In this document: positions 17,226-25,885 of the stretch, one piece after another
Layout of the letters: the number at the start of each line of letters is the position of its first letter
How positions within the stretch are numbered: position 1 is the stretch's first letter
From: a virus
Lineage: Duplodnaviria; Caudoviricetes
Length of the DNA: 27,940 nucleotides
Virus record (IMG/VR): IMGVR_UViG_3300030332_002465
Coordinates: 1-27,940 of that record
Direction: 5' to 3' (one strand)
Translations under genes and position numbers: made by a program
The notes under the pieces: generated by a model
Database searches by the model: none
Told to the model about the DNA's origin: nothing
Seen by the model: only the letters and a program-made list of their open reading frames with translations

Positions 17226-17612
17226 TTACCCGAACATATCCTGCTGGCGATCATCCGCCGGTTCGGCGTTCAGGATATTCAACACCTGGCGATCGGTGAT
17301 CCGGTACCGCAAGGCCAGCTCCGCCAATTTGGCGCCGTCCTGGCGTTCCCTTCGGATTGCCTGGTTGCGTACTTCACGGGTAATGCCAGCGCCACGGGGT
17401 ACCTTGATTCGTTCTCGGGCCATGTACTCGCAAAGCGTTTGAGCCGCTTCCGCGCCGATCGCATCCACCAGTGGGTGATGGTGGTGGAGTTTCTCGGGCA
17501 CCCAGAATTCGGTACCGCCAAAGGCTTCCATCATCTTTAGGACGGAAGGCAGGCCAATGATGTCGACCAGGTCGGCCATGGATTCGGGCAGCAGTTCGGT
17601 TTCAACGCTCAT
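17226..17612 (-). CDS. Mor/C family transcription activator
   Basis: LPESMADLVDIIG...FGGTEFWVP...RNQAIR...LALRYRITDRQVLNIL signature. Confidence 0.88.
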   Translation of the reverse strand: MSVETELLPESMADLVDIIGLPSVLKMMEAFGGTEFWVPEKLHHHHPLVDAIGAEAAQTLCEYMARERIKVPRGAGITREVRNQAIRRERQDGAKLAELALRYRITDRQVLNILNAEPADDRQQDMFG

Positions 17613-17615
17613 GGA

Positions 17616-18122
17616 TTACCCCTTGTTGACCTTGTACTTACTGGTGTCCACGCCCAGCTTGCGCATGTGTGCTTCCCATTTGCGCTGGGCTTCCTCGGGG
17701 CTTTCCTCCATGCCCTGCTTTTTCTCAGTGACGTTCGGGCGCCGGCTGTCGGCTTCTGCCGCCGGCTTACGGGCGTCAGGGGCAACGCTGGCCATCACCT
17801 GCTTCAGGTAGTTGTGATTCTTCAGCGGCTTGTTCTCCCCTCGCTGGCGCTTCTCGTGCAGGCTGCGGATGGTGTCCTGCAGGGCGGCTATCAGGCTGTC
17901 TCGGTCTGCAAGATCCAGGGTTTCCTGTGCCAGCTTCAGGGCGCGGGCGTTGCTTAGGTCGCTCTTTGCCGGCCGGAACAATGCCAGGTACTGCACCAGC
18001 GGCCGCGCCAATGGGCGGCCAAGGCCAGCCAGAACGCCCAGCAGCTCGCTGCCGGCGTCGTCCTGGATGAGTGCGTCCAGGTGCAGGTGGCTGTGGCAGA
18101 TGGGGCAGCGGCCTAGTTTCAT
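17616..18122 (-). CDS. Conserved Mu-like phage protein with N-terminal CxxC
   Basis: CPICH, YLALFRP.K..L and PLKNHNYL motifs. ATGA overlap with gemA. Confidence 0.75.
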   Translation of the reverse strand: MKLGRCPICHSHLHLDALIQDDAGSELLGVLAGLGRPLARPLVQYLALFRPAKSDLSNARALKLAQETLDLADRDSLIAALQDTIRSLHEKRQRGENKPLKNHNYLKQVMASVAPDARKPAAEADSRRPNVTEKKQGMEESPEEAQRKWEAHMRKLGVDTSKYKVNKG

Positions 18123-18718
18123 GCGCCGGGCTCCTCTTTATGGACCTGAAGCCAAGCCTCCGGCTCCATGTACCTTGAGCACAACGCAACCAACGCCTTC
18201 CGATTTCGCTGCCAGTTCTTTGGCAGATTCGGATGAAAACACACCATGTCTTCCAGCGTTAGATCTTGCTCTTTGAGAGCCGTTTCTAACGATGACAACA
18301 AGCTGCGCTTGGTAAGTTCGACGTCCAGGGCAGCAATCACCGCCCGGAACTGCTCAACCGTTCTCAGCCAGGCCACGCGCTCGATGCGGTACTGGCGTTT
18401 GGCGATGGCATCGGCGTAGCTCCACGGGGCTTTCAGCTCGGCCAGCAGGGCTTCGATCTTCTGCAGCATCGGCTCACTATTCAGGTTGTGTGGCGTGCCT
18501 GGGTGCTGAGCCACGCGCTTCCGGGGCTTCGCCTTGAACCCGCGATTCTTCAATCCCTGCAGGACCTGGTGCAGCTCTGCCACGGAGCAATCCTTACACG
18601 AACGCTTGCCGCCTGTGGTGGTGGCGATCATCTGGCGGTAGGTGTCGTCGTCCAGGCCCAGTTCTTTCTTCGCGATGTGGATCTGGGCCTGGACGCCTTT
18701 GCGGTTGTCGTGTTTCAT
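18119..18718 (-). CDS. gemA: GemA / Mu gp16-like regulatory protein (DUF1018)
   Basis: IHIAKKELGLDDDTYR...TGGKRSC...KIEALL...WSYADAIAKR signature. Confidence 0.88.
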   Translation of the reverse strand: MKHDNRKGVQAQIHIAKKELGLDDDTYRQMIATTTGGKRSCKDCSVAELHQVLQGLKNRGFKAKPRKRVAQHPGTPHNLNSEPMLQKIEALLAELKAPWSYADAIAKRQYRIERVAWLRTVEQFRAVIAALDVELTKRSLLSSLETALKEQDLTLEDMVCFHPNLPKNWQRNRKALVALCSRYMEPEAWLQVHKEEPGA

Positions 18719-19122
18719 GCTTTGGGCTCCTTTGGCTCCAGGATCTCCAGGTCCGGGAAGTGTTTCTTCAGGTGTGCGACTGCGGCGCCTTCGGTACCGA
18801 AGTCCGGTACAAAACCGATAACCCTGGGAGTGACCATTCTGTCTGCTTCTTTCTTACCCAGTGCGCGTTTAGCGCTGGTATAGACTTTCTTTGGGTAGGC
18901 TGCCCGCTTCATGGGGCGCCAGAAGCGCCCTTCAGAATGCACGGGCTGTTCGTCCTTGGCTTCGGTCCACTCCATCTTCACCAGGTCGTCGACGTATACC
19001 CGGACAAAAATCCTTTTCCTGTCATGTAGCTTCATCAGGCTAAGCTTGTGACCACCTGCCAGCAGCTCTACCGACCCGCCCAGGTGTTCCAGGCGGCTCT
19101 TAATCTCGTCCCATTTACTCAT
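18715..19122 (-). CDS. Hypothetical phage protein
   Basis: 135 aa, AAGGAG RBS, overlaps both neighbours in operon fashion. Confidence 0.7.
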   Translation of the reverse strand: MSKWDEIKSRLEHLGGSVELLAGGHKLSLMKLHDRKRIFVRVYVDDLVKMEWTEAKDEQPVHSEGRFWRPMKRAAYPKKVYTSAKRALGKKEADRMVTPRVIGFVPDFGTEGAAVAHLKKHFPDLEILEPKEPKA

Positions 19123-19285
19123 CGTCGCTTATCTCCTTTGAAGGGGATTCTTCGTAAGCAATTGCGAGAACAACGCCGGTGAGCTTGGCGCCCTGGTGAG
19201 CGCCGAGCATCCCGAAGAAGCCCAGAACCCAGGCGGCTGAAGCGACCATGAATAGAGGTTTCAGTTCTTTATAAAGTTTTGTCAT
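19115..19285 (-). CDS. Small membrane protein (56 aa, MTKLYKELKPLFMVASAAWVLGFFGMLG...)
   Basis: ATGA overlap with the upstream gene. Hydrophobic stretch. Below the ORF-track cutoff. Confidence 0.6.
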   Translation of the reverse strand: MTKLYKELKPLFMVASAAWVLGFFGMLGAHQGAKLTGVVLAIAYEESPSKEISDDE

Positions 19286-19464
19286 GCTCTCGCTCCCGCC
19301 CTTCGGGCCACTCTGGATGGCAAATGCGCATAGCAGGCCTTACAGGGCTGCTGGGTTTTGCCTTTTTTGGTGTAGAAGAACTCGGCATCGTCCGGCCAAT
19401 ATTCGCCGCACCTGGTGCAGCGCCGCTCGGTGCCAAGCTCTGTGTCTTTGGTCTTGGGGGCCAT
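19282..19464 (-). CDS. Small C4 zinc-finger protein (60 aa)
   Basis: GGAGGA RBS and ATG at 19464. CTRC...EFF...CKAC. Confidence 0.72.
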   Translation of the reverse strand: MAPKTKDTELGTERRCTRCGEYWPDDAEFFYTKKGKTQQPCKACYAHLPSRVARRAGARA

Positions 19465-19473
19465 AAGTCCTCC

Positions 19474-19533
19474 TGGCTGCTCATCAGTACCAGGCAACCA
19501 CGCCTGGCAGACGCCCCGGCTGGGGCGTTTCGC
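19474..19533 (-). ncRNA. Hammerhead ribozyme, type II
   Basis: GC-GAAAC-GCCCC(AGCC)GGGGC-GTC-TGCCAGGC(GTGGTT)GCCTGGTA-CTGATGA-GC-AGCCA. Full catalytic core, stems I and III, 2-bp stem II, and a loop I/3' tail pseudoknot. Confidence 0.92.
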
Positions 19534-19644
19534 TTAGTTCCGATTTACCTGGAGCAATTGGAAAGAGCGGCCAGCCTGGACAATCAGCCAGTCGCTCGGC
19601 CGCTCCTTTCGCTCTCTCGCAAACTTCGCCTCGTAGTAGTTCAC
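19534..19644 (-). CDS. Small hypothetical protein (36 aa)
   Basis: GTGA overlap with the DUF3164 stop. Its own stop abuts the ribozyme. Confidence 0.45.
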   Translation of the reverse strand: MNYYEAKFARERKERPSDWLIVQAGRSFQLLQVNRN

Positions 19645-20273
19645 AGCGCAGCCACGTCCAGGGAGATCTGCCGGTGTGGGCCGTCTTCTCCCTGCCGCTC
19701 GTAGAACCGCAGGTAGCTCTTGCTGCCGGTCACCTGGATGGAATCCATGATGGCCTGCATGGCCTTCTGCCATTTTCCGTCCTGGATATTCAGGGATCGC
19801 AGGCCCAGCACTCGGGCGGTGGAAATCTTGCCTTCCTTGTCGGTTTGAAACGCATGCTCTACCAGGGCCTGAACCTCCGAACTGCTTCCGGCCGTCCACT
19901 GGTGAATGCATTCGTCTATCAGTTCCTTGGCCACCTGCAGGCGCTCATCGAACGCCAGGTGATCGGCTACGGCCCGCTTTACCTGGTACATCCCGTCAAA
20001 GCTGCTTAGGGTTACGTTGCCCTTCTTGCCGCCATATTCGGTGTCGTACTCGCGGGCGGACAGGTTCAGGAAAGCTTCCACTTCTGTGGCGATCTCGGCT
20101 TTCACCCGGCGCATTTCTTCCTGCAGCGCGGTTACCTTGCCGATCACTTCCAGCACCAGGTCATCGCGGAGCTTGTCGATGTCCTTGATCTGGTCCACGG
20201 GCACCAAGTGCCCTTTCGCATTGCGCCGAAACTGTTCTGGTTTGTGTGCAGTGTTCATAGGGCTTGGCCTCAT
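19641..20273 (-). CDS. DUF3164 family protein
   Basis: NAKGHLVP...IKDIDKLRD...GGKKGNVTL.SFDG...FDERLQVAKELIDEC...SKSYLRFYER signature. Confidence 0.88.
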   Translation of the reverse strand: MRPSPMNTAHKPEQFRRNAKGHLVPVDQIKDIDKLRDDLVLEVIGKVTALQEEMRRVKAEIATEVEAFLNLSAREYDTEYGGKKGNVTLSSFDGMYQVKRAVADHLAFDERLQVAKELIDECIHQWTAGSSSEVQALVEHAFQTDKEGKISTARVLGLRSLNIQDGKWQKAMQAIMDSIQVTGSKSYLRFYERQGEDGPHRQISLDVAAL

Positions 20274-20623
20274 GTCGTCTGGGGTTTGGTGGATTGCAGC
20301 GAGCGGTTACGGCAGCTCGCAATGCCACGGCGTTTGGGATGGCGCTGGTGGCGCAGCGGCTCGAACGGCCGCACGTTGTTTCGTGGCAGGCCGTCCAGCT
20401 CCTCGGTGATCTCATCCGCGCGGACCTGCAGGGCTTCGTCCCGGATCAGGCGCACGCGCACAGAGGTCTGGGCCGGTGTCAGCGGGAACGGGGCGGTCAG
20501 CAGGTGCTCATACCGGGCCGGGTCGGCCAGGTAGGCATCCAGCTTTACGCCGTGTTTGTAGAGCATGTTGGCCGCGTAGATATCGGCGTAATGCTCCAGA
20601 TAAGCCGTTGGGTGCATGTTCAT
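20270..20623 (-). CDS. Hypothetical phage protein
   Basis: 117 aa with ATGA overlaps on both sides and GGAGG RBS. Confidence 0.7.
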   Translation of the reverse strand: MNMHPTAYLEHYADIYAANMLYKHGVKLDAYLADPARYEHLLTAPFPLTPAQTSVRVRLIRDEALQVRADEITEELDGLPRNNVRPFEPLRHQRHPKRRGIASCRNRSLQSTKPQTT

Positions 20624-20979
20624 GACTGGCCTCCGTTCGGGTTATGGGCGCAGTTTTGGCACACGCGCCAAACACGCATGGCCATGGGGTTGTGAGTCGG
20701 CGCCGGCCGCTCCCGGTAGGCCCGGCACTGCTCGGTGCTGATCATTTCGTTGTGGGCCGGGCACTTGATGCCATCCAGGGCCGCCAACACGCGGCGTTCC
20801 ATTCCAGCGGTGCTGGGGCTGGAATACCGGTTGGCCAGCAGCAGGGAAACGGCTGTGCGGCTGATGCCAATCTGTTCGGCCGCCTTGGTGCGGTTGGATG
20901 ATTCAACCTCGTTGGCCAGCAGCTTGATCCACTGCGGGGGCTGTTCGCCCCAGTTGGAGATATCGACTTTGCGGCTCAT
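20620..20979 (-). CDS. HTH protein with Cys-rich C-terminus
   Basis: RTKAAEQIGISRTAVSLLL helix-turn-helix. CP...C...CQNC. Confidence 0.78.
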   Translation of the reverse strand: MSRKVDISNWGEQPPQWIKLLANEVESSNRTKAAEQIGISRTAVSLLLANRYSSPSTAGMERRVLAALDGIKCPAHNEMISTEQCRAYRERPAPTHNPMAMRVWRVCQNCAHNPNGGQS

Positions 20980-21611
20980 TCGTCGCCCCCCTCTGTTTGC
21001 GGGTTGCGGCGGAACACCACTTCCCCGGTGTTTGGGTCGTACAGCTGCTTCAAGCGCTGAATCATGGGGGCACGTGGGCCTGTCCAGCGGCTGAGCACCA
21101 GTCGATATCGGGCGGGAGTGCCGGGGCTACCCTTACGCGTAATGGTCAGGTAGCCGGCCCCTGCCAGCATCATGCAGTAATCTTTGGCAGTGGTTTCGGC
21201 CACTTGAAAGTCCGGCGTGGACGCCGCCTGGGCCAGATCTCGGCAGGCGAACTCGCCGACGATCTTGATGGTGCGCCACATTTGTTCCCGCCCCCGGCCC
21301 TGGGTCACTTCGGTGCCATCTTTGCGAACGCGGGGCGCTTCCAAGCCGCAGTCTTTCGCCAGCTCGTACTGGACGGTTTTTCCGGGCTCCGCCGATACCG
21401 GCCGCAGGTAACCGGCGGCCACCAGGCCGGTCACGTAGTCGCGAACACGGCCCTTCGGCGCCCACTCGGCGCCGAGCATCCAGACATCCAGCACGGTGAT
21501 TTTCTGCCCGGCCTTGTGCAGCTTGCGCATCACTTCCCACATGGACTGGCGGTCGCCTTTGGGGCCCTGGGCTTCCAGGTGTACGGGTTTGCGTGTTGCC
21601 TTGCTGGTCAT
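20976..21611 (-). CDS. Conserved Mu-like protein with two winged-helix-like repeats
   Basis: ATG at 21611, 2 nt after the ATPase stop. Repeated R..MW...Y...L..AGYL pattern. Confidence 0.75.
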   Translation of the reverse strand: MTSKATRKPVHLEAQGPKGDRQSMWEVMRKLHKAGQKITVLDVWMLGAEWAPKGRVRDYVTGLVAAGYLRPVSAEPGKTVQYELAKDCGLEAPRVRKDGTEVTQGRGREQMWRTIKIVGEFACRDLAQAASTPDFQVAETTAKDYCMMLAGAGYLTITRKGSPGTPARYRLVLSRWTGPRAPMIQRLKQLYDPNTGEVVFRRNPQTEGGDE

Positions 21612-21613
21612 AC

Positions 21614-22333
21614 TCAGGCCCTCCGCGCCGGTGGCTGGCCGGTGTGGATGGTGCGATCGCCCCAGGTGTCCATATCCACCCGCTCCCAGTTGTTGGCCAG
21701 CGCTTCGCTGTGGATGCGGTAGAGGTTGACGGCGATGCGGCGCAGGCAGCCTTTTACGCGGTGGCGCACTGTGTCCAGCAGGTCGCGGTCGATTTCGACA
21801 TCGGGGTAGCTGGATTGCGCCAGCTCCTGGACGTCGTCCAGGCTCGCGGCCTGGGCGGGCACCCATTCGAGTACTCGGTTGTGCAGGCGCTCCAACCGGG
21901 CCATGGAGGCCGGCACACGCTCTTCACCAATCAGGATCAGCGTGCCCTGGCTGGCGTTGTAGATGTCGGTCAACACGTTGGCGGCGGCCTTGTCGATCAC
22001 GTATTGCACGTCATCAATGATTATTGGGCGGCCGGAACGGCTCAGCTGCTCCGCCACCTGGTCGACCATCTCGCTCAGGGTTTTCATGGGGATGATGCCC
22101 ATCTCCCGCAGGATGGCGACCAGGAAGGCTTTCTTGGTCCAGCTCTCGCGGCACTCCACGTAATAGGCCCGGTGAAGGTTGGCGGAATAGGCCGCTGCCA
22201 GGCTCTTGCCGTACCCACTGGGGCCGTACATCACAACCAGCCCCGGCAGTTCCGGGGGCCGGTTGGCGGCACTTTCTACCGCCTGGGCCAGCAGCGAGAC
22301 GTTGGTCAGTGGTACAATCGCGTTGACGCTCAT
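21614..22333 (-). CDS. MuB-like AAA+ transposition ATPase
   Basis: Walker A GPSGYGKS and Walker B IIIDD. Follows the transposase. RBS before ATG at 22333. Confidence 0.92.
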   Translation of the reverse strand: MSVNAIVPLTNVSLLAQAVESAANRPPELPGLVVMYGPSGYGKSLAAAYSANLHRAYYVECRESWTKKAFLVAILREMGIIPMKTLSEMVDQVAEQLSRSGRPIIIDDVQYVIDKAAANVLTDIYNASQGTLILIGEERVPASMARLERLHNRVLEWVPAQAASLDDVQELAQSSYPDVEIDRDLLDTVRHRVKGCLRRIAVNLYRIHSEALANNWERVDMDTWGDRTIHTGQPPARRA

Positions 22334-22376
22334 AGAACTTCCTTCTGGTTTTTGCTTGGGTGTCATGGCCATGCGC

Positions 22377-24488
22377 TCACATGGCCCTGCGGGCGCTAAC
22401 GGTTTTGCCGTTGGCGCTCGCATCCATCACGCGCTTAATGGCGCGATATCCGGGTGTTGATGGGTAGGTTTCCCACCACTTCTGTTCTTTCTCGCTCAGG
22501 TCTTCACCTGCGCTTACTCGCTTGTCGAGCTTCTGCCACAGGCGATAACGGGCCGGGCCGTCTTCTGGAATCTCGAATGCCTCGGCCTTGGCGGCGGCCA
22601 GCTGCTTGGTTTTGGCCTTGCCTTGCTCGATCATTCGCTGGATGTGGTCGTCGTTACTGGCGGCTTCCGGTTCGATGGTGCGGATCTCCACATCCTTGCC
22701 GGTGATCGTCTTGGCCTTGGTGGTCATTCGCTTCAGTTGGCCTTTCTCGCGCTTGTCTGCGGCGCGCTGAATAACAGAGACCGGCATGGCTGGTGTGGCG
22801 TTGCCGTCCAGTTCAGCCTCTCCGATCCACTCGCCCTCCAGGGTGTAGGTGCCAACTTTGCTGGCGTCTCGATAATCCCAGGCCACTTTGATTTCCTCGC
22901 CGTGGAAGTCGCGCAGCGCATCCATGAAGTAGATGCCGCCGTTGATGCGGACTTCGCCACGGTGGGTTTTGCGGATTTCCTGCGGGCGGGTGAGCGACGC
23001 GACCAGGTCGGCATCCGCGCTGATGGCTTCGAAGCCTTCGGCTTCCGCACTGGCCCAGGCTTCCATGGGGCTTTGGTGTCTCAGGCGGCCTGTTTCCAGG
23101 TCCCGAATCTTGCGCAGGCCCGCATGCGGTACATGGTTGTACCGCTCAACGGCAGCGCTGAGGCGGTCGTAGAACTCCTGGAATGTCGGGATGTGCGAAG
23201 GCTTCAGGCCCTCTTTGATCGCCTTCCGAGAGAGCTTGTGGGCGCGGGTGGCCGCTTGCTTGTCCATATCCACGCCGATGTAGCTGTCGAAATCCTTGGC
23301 CAGGGCCACGAATGTCTTGTGGGCGCGCTCCACCACACCACGGGCCTGGGAGTTGTAAGGCAGGGAGTGGGTAATGGTGCCGCCCAGGCGATCCACAACT
23401 TCATAGATGTCTGCGTTCTTGAAGCCGGTGCCGTTGTCGACATAGAAGACGTTGAACATGCCAGCGTTGGTAATGCCATGCCGCAGGGCGTCCAGGGTGG
23501 CCACCGTGGATTCCGCCAGGTTCAGCGCAAAGCCGGTAATGCGGCGGGTGTACCAGTCCAGAACCACGGTGATCTCCGGGCGGAAGGCCTGGCCCGTATG
23601 GGGGTTGATCACCTCGGCATCGAAGGTGTGGCCATCCGAAACCCACACATCATTCGGCCACATGTGGTCGGTGTGGCGGCGCTTGAACGGCTGGAGAGAT
23701 TTCAGTTCCTGGTGTCCCATGCGGCCCTTTTCGCGGGCTTCCGGGCTCAGCTTGTTCAGCCAGCGGCGCACCTGGTCAATGGATGGGTGATCGCCTTCCG
23801 TCCGCTCAACCATCATTTGGTAGGCGGCAGCAATGCTCGGCTTCTGAGGACGCTGGTAGAACTTTAGAAACGTGGGGCCCCAGGGCGGAACGGACATATC
23901 AGCCTTACGCCGGCGAGGTGCCAGGGCGCGTTCGCCGTGCTTTTTGAAGTCGGATATCCAGCGCTTCAGCGTTCGTTCCGAAAGAGTGCGGGTGGCCGTC
24001 TTGCGATCATTGGCTCGAACTACCCGCTCCGCCAAATATGGCGTTAGATTTTCCAGCTTTGCATTGGCGACTAACGTTAGGATGGCCTTCTGCTGGCTGG
24101 TGACTTTGCTCAGCCGTTGGATCTCGCGGACGAAGGCCACGCGGGCGGACATAACGGACAGTTGATCATCGTTCAGATCTTCGTATTTCAGGGGCTGGCG
24201 CTCTGGTTCCGTGGTTTCAGGCGAAGGCTCAAGCGCTTCAGCACCAGTTCCCGCATTGGATAGCGACAAATTGATAATCGCATCCTGAGTTACCTGTGGA
24301 AGGCTCGCGAACGCGTACTCAGTTGCCTTGCTGCCCTGCCGCTTGCGGCCGTCACATGATTTACTTAGAAAGTCCCTGGCTCTTCTGTCAGAACTCGGAA
24401 CCTCCGGTATGCCGAAAGATTTCGCCATCTCGGCCAGTTCCGCCGCCGTGTAATACTCCTGAACTGGCAACGCATTCCGACAGCTCAT
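22377..24488 (-). CDS. MuA-like DDE transposase
   Basis: N-terminal Mu HTH (YTAAELA). Catalytic WVSDGH, YVDNG and GVVER. Mu transposase C-terminal beta region. Confidence 0.95.
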   Translation of the reverse strand: MSCRNALPVQEYYTAAELAEMAKSFGIPEVPSSDRRARDFLSKSCDGRKRQGSKATEYAFASLPQVTQDAIINLSLSNAGTGAEALEPSPETTEPERQPLKYEDLNDDQLSVMSARVAFVREIQRLSKVTSQQKAILTLVANAKLENLTPYLAERVVRANDRKTATRTLSERTLKRWISDFKKHGERALAPRRRKADMSVPPWGPTFLKFYQRPQKPSIAAAYQMMVERTEGDHPSIDQVRRWLNKLSPEAREKGRMGHQELKSLQPFKRRHTDHMWPNDVWVSDGHTFDAEVINPHTGQAFRPEITVVLDWYTRRITGFALNLAESTVATLDALRHGITNAGMFNVFYVDNGTGFKNADIYEVVDRLGGTITHSLPYNSQARGVVERAHKTFVALAKDFDSYIGVDMDKQAATRAHKLSRKAIKEGLKPSHIPTFQEFYDRLSAAVERYNHVPHAGLRKIRDLETGRLRHQSPMEAWASAEAEGFEAISADADLVASLTRPQEIRKTHRGEVRINGGIYFMDALRDFHGEEIKVAWDYRDASKVGTYTLEGEWIGEAELDGNATPAMPVSVIQRAADKREKGQLKRMTTKAKTITGKDVEIRTIEPEAASNDDHIQRMIEQGKAKTKQLAAAKAEAFEIPEDGPARYRLWQKLDKRVSAGEDLSEKEQKWWETYPSTPGYRAIKRVMDASANGKTVSARRAM

Positions 24489-24691
24489 GCGCCACCTCCG
24501 TTGGATTGGCGGGGGCTCGCTGCTCCGCTATGGTTAGAGGTGCCAACCAAACCAACCGACAGAAAAGGAGCCCCCATGGCAAACCGTGACGAAAAATCTG
24601 TATATGAAGAAGGCATGAGAGACTTGCCCCCCATGGCTCGGGCAGCGATTGACCAGTTGCGCGAGATAACCAATGCCCAAACCGATTTCAT
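24485..24691 (-). CDS. Small ORF coupled to the transposase start
   Basis: AGGAGGT RBS. ATGA overlaps at both ends. Overlaps an antisense gene. Confidence 0.45.
   Translation of the reverse strand: MKSVWALVISRNWSIAARAMGGKSLMPSSYTDFSSRFAMGAPFLSVGLVGTSNHSGAASPRQSNGGGA
24506..24534 (+). promoter_or_regulatory. Putative sigma70 promoter of the antisense gene
   Basis: TTGGCG-N17-TATGGT upstream of the AAGGAG RBS. Confidence 0.45.
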
Positions 24692-24863
24692 TGCGCACCT
24701 CCTGATTGCGCTTGAGCGCAGTTCAGCTCTGAGTGATGCCCAGATTCGTTCGATGCTTTCGCGCTGGCATCGCAGTTACGATCCCGCTCCTCAATTTGAC
24801 GAGCACGGTCAATTAGCCGATTCAATTGAGAGCGTTCGCGACGGTCTGCGTGCGCTTGAATAG
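24576..24863 (+). CDS. Antisense accessory protein (95 aa, MANRDEKSVYEEGMRDLPPM...)
   Basis: AAGGAG at 24565-24570 before the ATG. Natural-looking helical sequence. Candidate promoter upstream. Confidence 0.65.
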   Translation: MANRDEKSVYEEGMRDLPPMARAAIDQLREITNAQTDFIAHLLIALERSSALSDAQIRSMLSRWHRSYDPAPQFDEHGQLADSIESVRDGLRALE

Positions 24864-24885
24864 TTGACTGATCAAGCTTCTTCAT
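24688..24885 (-). CDS. Small ORF in the coupled early chain
   Basis: ATGA overlaps with both the upstream and downstream ORFs. Confidence 0.45.
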   Translation of the reverse strand: MKKLDQSTIQAHADRRERSQLNRLIDRARQIEERDRNCDASAKASNESGHHSELNCAQAQSGGAQ

Positions 24886-25319
24886 TCTTCTTCTCCCATC
24901 AATCGCTTTAGTTCTCGCATTTCCTGTTGCAGCCGGTCTTTCATCCGGTGCATCTTCCCGTACTGTGCCGCCAGGGCTTCACGTCCATAGGCCACCCGGC
25001 CACCACGCAGGTGCACCAGCCAATCTGTGAAGGCATGGCTCTGGCAAACCTCTTCAAGTAGTGGAACGCGGTATAGAGGGATGTTGTGTTCTGAGCGGCC
25101 AGGGCTGGACCAGGCATCCAGCATGTGTTTTGAGACGTCGTCACCAGACAGCCGGCTCATTTGTGCGGCAATCTCATATCGGTCATGCGGGGAGCTTTTG
25201 AGGATGCTGCCTACTAGCTCACTCACCTGCGCCGCATAGTTGCCACTGCCAGGTGCAGGGACTACAGGCTGGGGCACCTCAAAGATGTCAATTGTGGCGG
25301 TGTCTTTGACGCGTCTCAT
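24882..25319 (-). CDS. Conserved early phage protein, probable DNA-binding regulator
   Basis: RYEIAAQMSRLSGDDVSKHMLDAWSSP HTH-like motif. Directly after ner. Confidence 0.75.
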   Translation of the reverse strand: MRRVKDTATIDIFEVPQPVVPAPGSGNYAAQVSELVGSILKSSPHDRYEIAAQMSRLSGDDVSKHMLDAWSSPGRSEHNIPLYRVPLLEEVCQSHAFTDWLVHLRGGRVAYGREALAAQYGKMHRMKDRLQQEMRELKRLMGEEE

Positions 25320-25321
25320 GG

Positions 25322-25657
25322 TTATGCGCTCCGCGCCATTTGACAGTGCGCAATAGCGTTAGATTTTGTATCCTGCACGTTGTTGGCGTGCTTTATTTCT
25401 CCCGCATTGGGCCGGTCTCGTTTGGGAGAGCCGTCCGGATTCCAGCGGTCGGGCCAAATATTCCGGGGAGCCATGTCCAGCTTCCTGGCAATGGCCCGCT
25501 CTATACGCGGGTATCGAACGCGCTTCACGTTATTGGCAGCGTTCCTGCCAACACTCAGCTCCTGGGCAACTTGTGCAAGGGAGGATCCACGAACGCGGAG
25601 CTGGTATTTAATCCACTCCCAGCGCAGTTCTGGATCGGTAGGAACTTTGGTTTTCAT
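25322..25657 (-). CDS. ner: Ner-like transcriptional regulator
   Basis: WIKYQLRVRGSSLAQVA...YPRIERAIA..L....IWPDRW. GAGGTG RBS before ATG at 25657. Confidence 0.9.
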   Translation of the reverse strand: MKTKVPTDPELRWEWIKYQLRVRGSSLAQVAQELSVGRNAANNVKRVRYPRIERAIARKLDMAPRNIWPDRWNPDGSPKRDRPNAGEIKHANNVQDTKSNAIAHCQMARSA

Positions 25658-25695
25658 GGCGTCACCTCGGTGGCGTTTTTTTGGGTTGTCTAGCG

Positions 25696-25885
25696 TGTTC
25701 ATGAACATAAACATAGCGAATATATATTCGCACTGCAACAGGAAATATACGCGTCCGTTTCTATTTTTCTCGCGGTCTGCGAAAATTTACTAACCTTGCG
25801 AGGTAATTCAATGAGTTACGGAGAAACGGACGCAAACGGACACAACGCGGAGGAACGTCCGTTTCCTTCTAATGGAATCGGACGC
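25696..25885. promoter_or_regulatory. Repressor/ner divergent control region with palindromes and repeats
   Basis: Palindromes TGTTCATGAACA (25696-25707) and GCGAATATATATTCGC (25716-25731). Five GCGTCCGTTTC-like copies between 25751 and 25885. Confidence 0.7.

Noticed and set aside
21612-21866. Track N-terminal extension of the 20976-21866 ORF, and similar extensions at 8815, 16581, 22423, 25738 and 26918
   Set aside because: They overlap upstream genes or promoters. Downstream starts have better RBS or coupling.
7853-23867. Other long + strand ORFs (7853-8779, 10918-11931, 13158-14261, 22623-23867)
   Set aside because: They mirror well-supported minus-strand genes. Expected in high-GC, codon-biased DNA.
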